Below are positions 28,317 through 37,171 of a DNA stretch of 64,000 nucleotides, one piece after another. The stretch is taken from the NCBI GenBank assembly GCA_963664825.1, contig OY761614.1:2112001-2176000 (forward strand). Direction: 5' to 3'. A program made the position numbers and the translations under genes. A model generated the notes under the pieces. The model did no database searches. It saw only the letters and a program-made list of their open reading frames with translations, and was not told the DNA's origin. Within the stretch, counting starts at the first letter, position 1. Each line of letters opens with the position of its first letter. The DNA comes from an uncultured Holophaga sp. GTDB lineage: Bacteria; Acidobacteriota; Holophagae; Holophagales; Holophagaceae.

Positions 28317-29507
28317 TCAAGGGAACTCCCACCAGCGTCGGGCGTTTCGTTGCCGGGGGATCTCCAGGTTGCCATCCGCGCGGATCGTGAAACGGAAGCC
28401 CCAGCGGGCTTCAAGGCTCTTCAGGGAGGTGGGCCCTCCTTGGGGCGGAAGCTCATCGCTCAGCCGTCCAGTGCCTACCTCCAGTCGGTGCCAGGAAAGG
28501 GCCGTGGGACCTTCGAGATCGTTGATCAGGCGACCCCGCTCCTCCTTCGAGAACATCAGTTGGCGCGCTAGGCGCATGGAAGGGGAGTCGCTGGGCCTGG
28601 GGAAGGGAGATAACGCAGTCCTTTTGACTCCTCGCAGCAGGGTCGAGGCCACGAGGATCCGTCCATTGGGGTCGGGTTCGGCATCCAGGACCGTGACGGC
28701 CCGGTCCTTGAGCGTGGGAATGCGACCCTCGCGCAGGTAATGGCCATTTCGGTTGTCCAGCACGAAGTACCATCCGCCCCGATGGATCAGCACGAGACCC
28801 TCCGGTGTCCGGGCCGTCAACCAGTCCTGCTTCTCGATCCCTTCGTAGCCGGGTCGGGCCTGGATGGCGTTCTGGCCTGGCCGGGGCGGATGCGGGACTG
28901 TGTCGTAGATGCCGTCCAAGCCCAGCTCCACGAGGTGTTCGAACATCAGGTGGCCACGGGCATCCACGCGGTAGCGCGCCACGGGGCTGACGCGATCCAG
29001 TTCCCAGAAGTCCCGGATCCCGAAGGCCAGGAAGGAGCCATCCTCCAGGGGGAGCATCCGCCGGATATGGCCGTGGCTGTCCTCTCCAGGGCGGTAGCGG
29101 GCCAGGAGCTTCCAGTGTTGGAAGTCCGTGGAGAGGTACAGATGCTGCTCAGAGCGCTGGTAGGCATCACTGAAGGCTTGAGGCGGAAATCCCCAGGCCC
29201 GCTTGCCGAGATCGGGGAAATGCCAGGCCGGATGGGTAGGGAATCCATAGGCGAAGGAGCGCCCATTCCAGTGGCTCAGGCTTGGCCAGCGCAGGGATCC
29301 TGGCAGGCGCAGTTCGCTGACGGCCTTGCCATGGCTATCCAAGGCGATGAGGGACTGGCGGCCACGAGCCAAGAACGGAAGCGGAGCCTCCAAGTCGAGG
29401 GTCGTGAGTACCCTGAGGCCCTTCTCCCAGATCTGGGGTCCGCGTTGGTTGGGGAAAGGCTGCGCCGCGAGGGCCATTGTGAAGAGAGGTGCGAGGAGGC
29501 TCTTCAT
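28317..29507 (-). CDS. Hypothetical secreted protein
   Basis: Signal peptide MKSLLAPLFTMALAAQ; long ORF inside the kinase operon. Confidence 0.65.
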   Translation of the reverse strand: MKSLLAPLFTMALAAQPFPNQRGPQIWEKGLRVLTTLDLEAPLPFLARGRQSLIALDSHGKAVSELRLPGSLRWPSLSHWNGRSFAYGFPTHPAWHFPDLGKRAWGFPPQAFSDAYQRSEQHLYLSTDFQHWKLLARYRPGEDSHGHIRRMLPLEDGSFLAFGIRDFWELDRVSPVARYRVDARGHLMFEHLVELGLDGIYDTVPHPPRPGQNAIQARPGYEGIEKQDWLTARTPEGLVLIHRGGWYFVLDNRNGHYLREGRIPTLKDRAVTVLDAEPDPNGRILVASTLLRGVKRTALSPFPRPSDSPSMRLARQLMFSKEERGRLINDLEGPTALSWHRLEVGTGRLSDELPPQGGPTSLKSLEARWGFRFTIRADGNLEIPRQRNARRWWEFP

Positions 29508-29515
29508 GGCGGGCC

Positions 29516-30640
29516 TCAAGGCTGGGGCCAGGCGAAGCTGACACGGTGGCCTGTCGCGAGGCGTTCCATGGTCAGGTCCTTGGGGCTTCTCAGGCGGCTG
29601 CGGAGATTGGCCAGGGCCGTGCCGCTGCCGCGGCCATCCGAGCTGAAGCCGTTGCCGGGATCCTCCACGGCCACCACCAAGCGACGGCCCTCCTGCCGGG
29701 CCGAGATGCGGAGCAAACCCCCCTCCTCCCGGGGCGCCACGCCGTGCTTGACGGCGTTTTCCACCAGCACCTGGAGGGCCAGGACTGGCATCTCACAGCT
29801 CAGCAGATTCTCGGGCACCTCGATCCTGACTCTCAGGCGCTCGCCCAGGCGAGCCTGCTCGATACCCAGGTAATCCTCCACGAAGGCCAGTTCCCGCCCC
29901 AGAGGAATCGTTGGCTCGCTCGTCACTTCCAACGCCTGACGGAAGAGCCCCGCCAGCCGTTCCGTGGTCGCTTGGGCGCGCCGAGGGTCCGCCTCGATCT
30001 GGGCGTGCAGGGTATTGAAGGCATTGAACAGGAAGTGGGGCGCCAGCTTCGAGCGCAGGGCTGTCTCCCGGGCTTCCCGAAGCCCCTTTTGTGCCTCCAG
30101 GCCCAGAAGGGCACCCTCGGTGGCCAACACCAGCAGGAACAGGATGACGGAGCGGGAGAACATTCCCCTACTGCCGAAGACACTGGTGTGGAGCCACCCC
30201 CCCCAGACCGGGTAACTGTTGCCAAAATAGTTTGTAAAATCTGGGAAGAAACGATCAATAATCCCGCGTGAAACCGCAAAGAATCCCAATAGGCTAGGCA
30301 ATAGGGCTACGAAGGCCCAGCCCGCGCCGAAGCGCCGCTGGACGCGGCGCCGCAGCAGGGCCACGGCGCACCAGAGCAATCCCAGAGCGAGGGCCAGACA
30401 GGCCAGGCGGCCCATGGTGCCTGGGATACTGGGCCACAGGGAGCGGTCCACCAGATTCCAGCCCTGAGCCTGGGCGGCCTGGACCAGGGCGGGATCCAGA
30501 TCCTCCAATCGGAAACTCACCGGCTCAAAGTGGTAATCCCAGGGGGCAAAGAGGGCCAGGGCGGCCAGGAGGCGCAGGACGAGGCCCTTCCAGGAGGTGC
30601 CATGGGCCTTGTGCAGCAGAATGGCGAGGTGGCGGATCAT
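29516..30640 (-). CDS. LytS-family sensor histidine kinase (paralog of 1025-2056)
   Basis: KLAPHFLFNAFN, LVENAVKHG, DPGNG, GSGTAL. Confidence 0.9.
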   Translation of the reverse strand: MIRHLAILLHKAHGTSWKGLVLRLLAALALFAPWDYHFEPVSFRLEDLDPALVQAAQAQGWNLVDRSLWPSIPGTMGRLACLALALGLLWCAVALLRRRVQRRFGAGWAFVALLPSLLGFFAVSRGIIDRFFPDFTNYFGNSYPVWGGWLHTSVFGSRGMFSRSVILFLLVLATEGALLGLEAQKGLREARETALRSKLAPHFLFNAFNTLHAQIEADPRRAQATTERLAGLFRQALEVTSEPTIPLGRELAFVEDYLGIEQARLGERLRVRIEVPENLLSCEMPVLALQVLVENAVKHGVAPREEGGLLRISARQEGRRLVVAVEDPGNGFSSDGRGSGTALANLRSRLRSPKDLTMERLATGHRVSFAWPQP

Positions 30641-30703
30641 GAAGGCTCCAGAAAGAGATTCGGATAGGGCGGGTTCGTCCCCAGACTAGGGGACCCGCGG
30701 CTG

Positions 30704-30753
30704 AGCCCGGTCGTCCTTCCCGTAAGCGGTCGTGAGTTCCCCTCGAACGGTCG
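30704..30753 (-). promoter_or_regulatory. Candidate LytTR boxes (CGACCG x3, periods 21 and 19 bp)
   Basis: Minus strand CGACCGTTCG / CGACCGCTTA / CGACCGGGCT upstream of the second kinase. Confidence 0.55.
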
Positions 30754-30771
30754 AAGGGCCGTCGCCATCGG

Positions 30772-31950
30772 TCATACGAATGTCTGCAGCACCATGTTGC
30801 TCAGGAGCATGCCGCGGCTGGTGAAACGGATGATGGGGCCTTCCTGTTCCAGGAGACCATGGGTGAGGAAGGGTTTCAGGGCGCCTTCCCAGGCGTCCAC
30901 CAGGTGGGAGAGATCGAGCATGGCGGCGTGGGCCTGCAGCTCCTCCCAGTCCACGCCGCGATGCATGCGCAGGCCCAGCAGGGGAATCTCCGCCAGTTCG
31001 GCGATGGTGTCCAGTTCCTGGACTTCCGCCTTGCCGCGGCCCTCGACCCAGGCCTGGATGACGCCGCTTTCCGTCCAGCGCCAGCGGTCCAGGTGGCTGG
31101 CGGCGCTGGGGCCCAGGCCCAAGTAGGGGCGCCGCTCCCAGTAGCGCGTGTTGTGGATGGAGATCTCACCCTGCCGGGCGTAGTTGCTGATCTCGTAGGG
31201 AGCCAGGCCCAGCTCGGGGAGTTCGGCCTGGAGGGCCTCGAAGACATCGGCCACCTGGTCGTCGGAAGGCAGCTGGAGCTTGCCGGCCTCCACCCGGGCC
31301 TTGAGTGGACAGTTCTTGTCCAGATCCAGCATGTAGATGGAGAGATGGGTGGCTCCCGCCGCTACCAGTGTGCGGGCGTCCGAAAGCACCTGGCCCAGAT
31401 CCTGGCCTGGGATGCCCACCATGAGATCCGCGCTGATGCGGCGGAAGCCTGCCTCCTGGGCCATGAGGAGGGCGCCCAGGCCCGTCGCGCCATCGTGAAG
31501 GCGGCCCAGGTGTTCCAGCAGGCCATCGTCCAGGGTCTGGATGCCCAGGCTCAGTCGGTCGAAACCCAGCCGCCGCACGGCTCGCAGCCATTCCAGATCG
31601 ATGGTCCCGGGATTGGCCTCCAGCGTGGCTTCGCAAAGGGGGGCGAGATCGAAGGCCTCCTTGGCGGTACGCACCAGGGATCCCAGCTCCTCGACGCTGA
31701 GGATGGAGGGCGTGCCGCCCCCGAAGTAGAGGGTGTCGACTTCTGGGTGGCGAAGGGCCTCGCCCCATTCCTGCAGATCCCTATCCAGTCGTGCCAGGGC
31801 TGCGGGTTTCAGCCCCTCGTTGCGGGTGGCCACGAAGGAACAGTAGGTGCAGCAGTCCCTGCAAAATGGGATATGGATGTAGAGGCCCAGGGGCGCGATA
31901 TGGGCCGCGGTGCGCATGCGGGGAAGATGGGGGGTGAGGGCGGGGACCAT
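30772..31950 (-). CDS. hemW: Radical SAM heme chaperone HemW (start may be 31917)
   Basis: YIHIPFCRDCCTYCSF, GGGTPS, YEISNYA, HNTRYW. Confidence 0.9.
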   Translation of the reverse strand: MVPALTPHLPRMRTAAHIAPLGLYIHIPFCRDCCTYCSFVATRNEGLKPAALARLDRDLQEWGEALRHPEVDTLYFGGGTPSILSVEELGSLVRTAKEAFDLAPLCEATLEANPGTIDLEWLRAVRRLGFDRLSLGIQTLDDGLLEHLGRLHDGATGLGALLMAQEAGFRRISADLMVGIPGQDLGQVLSDARTLVAAGATHLSIYMLDLDKNCPLKARVEAGKLQLPSDDQVADVFEALQAELPELGLAPYEISNYARQGEISIHNTRYWERRPYLGLGPSAASHLDRWRWTESGVIQAWVEGRGKAEVQELDTIAELAEIPLLGLRMHRGVDWEELQAHAAMLDLSHLVDAWEGALKPFLTHGLLEQEGPIIRFTSRGMLLSNMVLQTFV

Positions 31951-31956
31951 GGCCCC

Positions 31957-32526
31957 TCAGTCGATGTGGGCGTCGATGACTTCACACCAGAAGTGGTAGA
32001 TCATCTGATGCACTTCCTGGATGCGGGCCGTGGTGGAGCTCGGCACCACCAGCGCCTCGTCGCAGATGCCCTTCAGCTTCCCGCCATCGCGGCCCAGGAG
32101 CCCCAGCGTCTTCATGCCTTGTTCCTTCGCCGCCTCCATGGCCAGGATCACATTGGGACTGTTGCCGCTGGTGCTGATACCCACCAGGAGATCGCCGGGT
32201 CGGCCCAGGGCCTCCACCTGGCGGCTGAAGATCCTCTCGAAGCCATAGTCGTTGCCGATGGCGGTGAGGGCCGAGGTGTCGGTGGTGAGGGCGATGCCCG
32301 CCAGGGCGCGGCGCTCCTTCACGTAGCGGCCGCTTAGTTCGGCGGCGAAGTGCTGGGCGTCGGCAGCGCTGCCGCCATTGCCGCAGACCAGGATCCGGCA
32401 GCCGCGCTTTAAGCGCTCGGCCATATCCTGGCCCTGGCTGACGATGCGCTCGGCCTCGGCCTGGAAGAAGGCCTGTTTCACGGTTATGGATTCCTGCACA
32501 TGCTGAATAAGGGTGGATTTCATCAA
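31957..32526 (-). CDS. gmhA: Phosphoheptose isomerase
   Basis: [34 protein letters not shown]. Confidence 0.96.
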   Translation of the reverse strand: MMKSTLIQHVQESITVKQAFFQAEAERIVSQGQDMAERLKRGCRILVCGNGGSAADAQHFAAELSGRYVKERRALAGIALTTDTSALTAIGNDYGFERIFSRQVEALGRPGDLLVGISTSGNSPNVILAMEAAKEQGMKTLGLLGRDGGKLKGICDEALVVPSSTTARIQEVHQMIYHFWCEVIDAHID

Positions 32527-32619
32527 CGGGCTCCCCTTGGATAATGCCAGGATTTCCCACCCTTCTCCCTCGAAAGGCTGTCAAAGTAGATTCCACATTT
32601 CCAGGGAGATTTTCCAACC

Positions 32620-33598
32620 ATGTCTTGGATGGATTGGATGGCTCGTAACCACTCGCTTTTCGTGCACGTCCCGGTGGCCGTGGCGATCCTGCTCCCCTGG
32701 GCGCTGGTTTCTGCGCAGCGGGGCGGGCGTGGAATCCGGCCCTGGTGGGTGACCTGCCGCTACCTGGTATGGTGTGGCGTTCTCTTCTTTCGTGGTGGCG
32801 CTCTTCAGCGGCTTCCTCCAGGCCAAGCAGCAGAATTTCCTGGCTCCGGGTCAGTTCCTGGCGCCCAAGGGCAGCGGGGTCATGGCGCTCTTCCGTTTGC
32901 ATCAGATTCTGGGCCTCTCGAGCCTAGTCCTGGGCGCGCTCACGCTGAAGGCCGTCTTCCGGCGTCGGGAGGAACACCAGGGGCTGGGCATGTTGGCGCT
33001 CTGCCTGGGATTGCTCTGGAGTGCGGCGACCCTGGCAGGTCTTTGGTATGGCCACCAGCTGCGCCAACCGGCCTTGTCCGAGCCTGCCCCTTTGAAGGTG
33101 GATCCGCCCGTGGCGGCACCGAGGCCCGCGGCTCCGATGCCGGGAGGGGAAGCCCAGGTGCCCGTCCGGGCCCTGGATTACCTGAGCCTAGTGCCCATGC
33201 ACTCGGAGCCCGTGCGCAATGCCCTGCACGGCAATCGCTGGATCCGCGTCTGGGCGAGCCCTGGGGCCGAAGAAGCCTATCGCAATGGCCAGAAGCTGCC
33301 CGAGGGCGCCTTCCTGGTGATGAATAGCCTGGAGGACCATTGGGGTCGCCCAGGTCTCGAGGCGGGTCCCCTCTACGCTCTGGAGATGAAGGGCGGCAAG
33401 GCTCACTTCACCTTCTACTGGCCCCATGTGCCCGAAGCGAAGCGCGGCGAGACCGCCGGGGCCGAGCGGGCCTATTGGCATGGAGACGATCCCAATCTGG
33501 CCAGCTGCCTGAAATGCCATCTGGATGGATTGGCCCCCAAGAAGGACCGCAGCACCTGGACTGTGCCCCGGAAGCCCAAGGTGACAGCGGCCCCCTGA
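32620..33598 (+). pseudogene. Frameshifted DUF2231-like membrane domain plus cytochrome P460/c'-beta-fold heme domain
   Basis: Frame A gives NHSLFVHVPVA; frame B continues FVVALFSG...PEGAFLVM...CLKCH; frame shift near 32781-32791. Confidence 0.7.
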
Positions 33599-33951
33599 GA
33601 TGTGCTGAACCAGGCGAAGGAAGCTGAACAGGTCACATCGGATACGTCTGAGGGGTATTCCCTCTGACTCCTTACGTCCTTCCCTTAGGAACCGACTCCA
33701 TAGCTACACCACCCCTGCCATTCCCGGCGAGGCACAATGGAACCACGAAATACCCGACCCGGCGCAAATGCACATTGGGCGAGGATTTCAGGCTACACAA
33801 GTTGTGTCCATGCTGTGCCCGTGAGGCTCGGTTTAGGGTAAAATAAGAACAACACGCACGGGTGTTTTCAAGGTCTTTGGCTGGATAGCAGAAGAGTCTG
33901 AAACGTTCTCGTTTCAGGCTCTTGCATACTTTTAAATTGGCAGCGCTTACC

Positions 33952-34128
33952 GGATTTGAACGGTTGCCGCCAGCGATTCGCGCCTGGATCCGCTGCGACA
34001 GCCCACCGGGCTGTCTCGCGGGGCGCTCATCGGGCGGCTGCCCCTCGCAGGTTCAAATCCTGTCGGGCCTCGACGGAGCTGCCGGTACAGCAAAAGGCTC
34101 GGCAAATGCCGAGCCTCTCGATTGGTAG
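33952..34128. repeat. 177-bp direct repeat, copy 1 (tRNA 3'-derived palindrome plus terminator)
   Basis: Aligns without gaps to 36842-37018, 11 mismatches by manual count. Confidence 0.92.
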
Positions 34129-34474
34129 TGTGGCGAATCCTTGGGACTGATCGGGGCCTCAGATGTCCCCGCATCAGGGTAATTTTCAGGGAATCCCGCG
34201 GTTTTGTTCGGGGTCTCCCATTTCTCGTTCTGTGCCTTTGCTTGGTGAATTCCCCGTAATAGCCTTCCATGTCGCCGAGTTTGCAAGGTGTCCACAAAGC
34301 ACCGCGAGTGGGTGTTGAGATCCCACTCCTCAAACTTGAAGGGGAACTTGATTTACTCTTAAGATAAATGATTATCATATATCCTGACCTCACGGTTTTC
34401 TGACAACCCTTTTCTCCAACCCCTTCCATAGGAGGCACTTCGTGTCCTCATCCGGCAACATGCTCGAAAAGTTC

Positions 34475-35932
34475 GCCCGTGTCCCGTCAAGTGGTGTAGG
34501 AAGGTCGGCGCAGCCGATTCCGTAAGGTTGTCAAAGTTCTGTTGCTGATTGTCAGGCTGTGGGCGGTGTGGAAAGGCCGAAGGGCTTTCCAAGGGGCGGT
34601 GGGCAACCGCAGGTTGTCCATGGCCCCGGCACCGTCCATGGCCGGGTCAGGGGGGGCGTTTGAGCCCATCTTGTTTCATGCATCCATCCGGATGTAGGCG
34701 ATGCGGGCGCTGACCCACTCGGCATGCTGATCGAGGAGTAAGCTCCCGAGCAGGCGCAACACCGCGGCCCGATTGGGGAAGATCCCCACCACATCGGAAC
34801 GGCGGCGCAGTTCGCGATTCTCCCGTTCCAGGACGTTCGTGGAGTGGATCTTTCGCCAGTGGGCCTTCGGGAAGTCCATGAAGGCGGTGACGTCCTCCAC
34901 GGCCTCATCCAGCAGGGCTGCGAACCCTGGGTGCTTGCGCTCGGTGTCCCGCGCCAGGGCCGCGATCAGGGCCTGGGCCTCCTCCTTGGTGGGGGCCTGG
35001 AAAACCCGCTTGAGGCGATCCAGCATCTGCTCCTGAACGGACTTCGGTAACCGTACGGCAGCGTTGCGCATGAAATGGACGCGGCATCGCTGCCAGGTGA
35101 CCCCATTCAGCACCTTCCTGACGGCGGCTTTCAGCCCGGCGTGAGAATCCGAGATGACCAGATCTACACCCGCGAGACCGCGCTGCACAAGGCTTTCCAG
35201 GAATGCTGACCAGGCGCTCTCCATCTCGCCTTCAGCCACGGTCAGCCCCAGCACCTCGCGTTTACCCTCCGCATTCACGGCCATGGCCACCATCACCGCC
35301 AGCCCTACCACGCGCCCGCCTTCCCGAACCTTCGGATAGAGGGCGTCCAGCCAGAGGTAGCGGAAAGAACCTTCCAGCGGGCGGTTCCGGAACGCCTCCA
35401 CCTCCGCATCCAACTCCTGCGCCAGCCGGGAGACCTCGGACTTCGACATCCCCCGGCAGCCTAGGGCCTCCACCAACGCCTCGACCTTTCGCGTGCTCAC
35501 GCCCGCGACGTAGGCCTCTGCCGCCACGTTCACGAAGGCCTGTTCCCACCGACGGCGCGGCTCCAGGAAGTTCGGGAAGTAGCTGCCCTGCCGGAGCTTT
35601 GGGATGGCCAGCGGCAGCGTGCCCAGCCGCGTTTCCAGTTCCCGGTCGCGGTAGCCGTTTCGGTGGTTCTCCCGTGACGGCGTCCGCTCCCCAGGGCCCG
35701 CTTGGCAGAGCCCCGAAACGTCGGACTCCATCACCGCCTCCAGCCCCATCAGCAGCACACGCCGCAGGAAATCACCGTTCCCCTCCTCCAAAACCTTGCT
35801 CAGGGCTTCCAGCCCAGACACCCTATTGATGGCCATCGGTCTCTCCGTTCGGTAAGTTCGCAAACCTCACCTTACGGAACCGGTGGCCACCTCTCACTGA
35901 ACCACTGCTACACCACTTGATGGGACTCTATC
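34475..35932 (-). mobile_element. IS256-family insertion sequence (1458 bp) with 8-bp TSD AAAAGTTC
   Basis: IRs GCCCGTGTCCCGTCAAGTGGTGTAG / GATAGAGTCCCATCAAGTGGTGTAG; TSD at 34467-34474 and 35933-35940. Confidence 0.92.
34676..35836 (-). CDS. IS256-family DDE transposase
   Basis: RNGYR.R...[46 protein letters not shown]. Confidence 0.95.
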   Translation of the reverse strand: MAINRVSGLEALSKVLEEGNGDFLRRVLLMGLEAVMESDVSGLCQAGPGERTPSRENHRNGYRDRELETRLGTLPLAIPKLRQGSYFPNFLEPRRRWEQAFVNVAAEAYVAGVSTRKVEALVEALGCRGMSKSEVSRLAQELDAEVEAFRNRPLEGSFRYLWLDALYPKVREGGRVVGLAVMVAMAVNAEGKREVLGLTVAEGEMESAWSAFLESLVQRGLAGVDLVISDSHAGLKAAVRKVLNGVTWQRCRVHFMRNAAVRLPKSVQEQMLDRLKRVFQAPTKEEAQALIAALARDTERKHPGFAALLDEAVEDVTAFMDFPKAHWRKIHSTNVLERENRELRRRSDVVGIFPNRAAVLRLLGSLLLDQHAEWVSARIAYIRMDA

Positions 35933-36743
35933 AAAAGTTCTACCTGAAAACTTTCAAGGTCGTGATCCTCACGGTCATGAGCTTGGCCCTGCTCGGGTCC
36001 ATCGTCCTGCTGGGCATGAGCGCCTACCAATATGTGTCAAGGACGCCCAAGAAAATCGAGCCGGCCAAGCCCGCGCCGATGACGGCCGTGGACCCCGCCG
36101 AACTGGTGAAGGAGTTGGCGAAGGCCCCCGAGGCGGCCCCCGTCGCCAAGCGTGGCGCCGTGAAGACCGGGGCACCCGTGCCCAAGCGGGCCTCCGGGAA
36201 GTATCTGGAGGAAGCGAAGCAGTTACTGGATGTCAACTACAAGTTTCAACTCCAGTTCGATCCGAAGGCTAAGTCCCCGAGCGAGGCCCAGATCGAAGAC
36301 CTACGAGGTGGGCTTCAGCGAGTCTCCGACGCGGACGAGGACCGTGGGCAGGCCTTCGCCACTGACTTGGTGAAGTATGTGAACGCGGTTCTTTCCTCGC
36401 CAGAGGTGATCCAGGCTGCCAAGGATGGCCGTTCGAGGCCGGCCTTTTTCCGGGCGCTAACGAAGTTCGTCAAGGAGTGGGACGACGCCAAGGCCAAGGT
36501 GAAGAAGCACAACGCCGCCGAGGCAGCCCGAGTGGAGCGGGAGAAGGACGCTGAAGCGGCCTCCATCGGGGCCACCAAGGCTCAATCGATGGCATCTCTG
36601 ACGAGTGCCGCCATGGCCTTCGGCGCCTTCCTGGCGCTGGCCTTCTACCTCATCGTGGCCGCAGTGGAGTCGAACCTGCGGGGAATCCGCGAGTCCGTTC
36701 GCCAGTCGACACCGTCCCAGGAAGCCTAAGCGACTCGTTCGCA

Positions 36744-36781
36744 ACGAGGGCCCAAATCCGTTCGGACCGGGCCCTTGTTTC
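36744..36781 (+). terminator. Hairpin terminator after the islet gene
   Basis: aacgagggccc...gggcccttgttt. Confidence 0.5.
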
Positions 36782-36841
36782 GTACCGGATTCTGGCGTGA
36801 TGCCGTGGCTCGGCCAGGCCTCTCGGTTGGTCGCTGCCGCA

Positions 36842-37012
36842 GGATTTGAACGGTTGCCGCCAGCGATTCGCGCCTGGATCCGCTGCGACAGCCCACCGGG
36901 CTGTCTCGCGGGGCGCTCATCGGGCGGCTGCCCCTCGCAGGTCCAAATCCTGCCGGGCTTCGTTGGGGTCGCCGGTACAGCAAAAGACTCGGCAGATGCC
37001 GAGCCTTTCGAT

Positions 37013-37018
<6 letters not shown>
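36842..37018. repeat. 177-bp direct repeat, copy 2, overlapping the tRNA 3' end
   Basis: See copy 1; offset 2890 bp. Confidence 0.92.
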
Positions 37019-37089
<71 letters not shown>

Positions 37090-37100
37090 CCGGAATGGCA

Positions 37101-37128
37101 AGTATAGCATTCGAGGGCGGCAGTGCAA
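37101..37128 (-). promoter_or_regulatory. Sigma70 promoter for tRNA-fMet
   Basis: TTGCAC-N16-TATACT with extended TGn. Confidence 0.6.
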
Positions 37129-37171
37129 GGGCTCATTTGTGCGCTAAGCTCGATGGATTCTGGGATCCGCC

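Larger units (their letters stand above)
34442..36729 (+). pseudogene. Membrane protein (TM, helical periplasmic domain, TM) interrupted by IS256
   Basis: GGAGG then GTG at 34442; removing the IS and one TSD copy rejoins MSSSGNMLEKF|YLKTFKVV in frame. Confidence 0.8.

Noticed and set aside
33600..33935. Lower-GC stretch as a gene, dif site or oriT
   Set aside because: No supportable ORF or consensus found; probably decayed islet DNA
33922..34438. Short ORFs over the repeat, also at 36605-37136
   Set aside because: They translate non-coding repeat and tRNA sequence
34479..35928. Shorter IS256 boundaries with no TSD, implying an adjacent deletion
   Set aside because: Extending each end by 4 bp reveals a perfect 8-bp TSD
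33952..36953. tRNA-derived palindromes as integron attC sites
   Set aside because: The ends do not fit RYYYAAC/GTTRRRY and no intI is present
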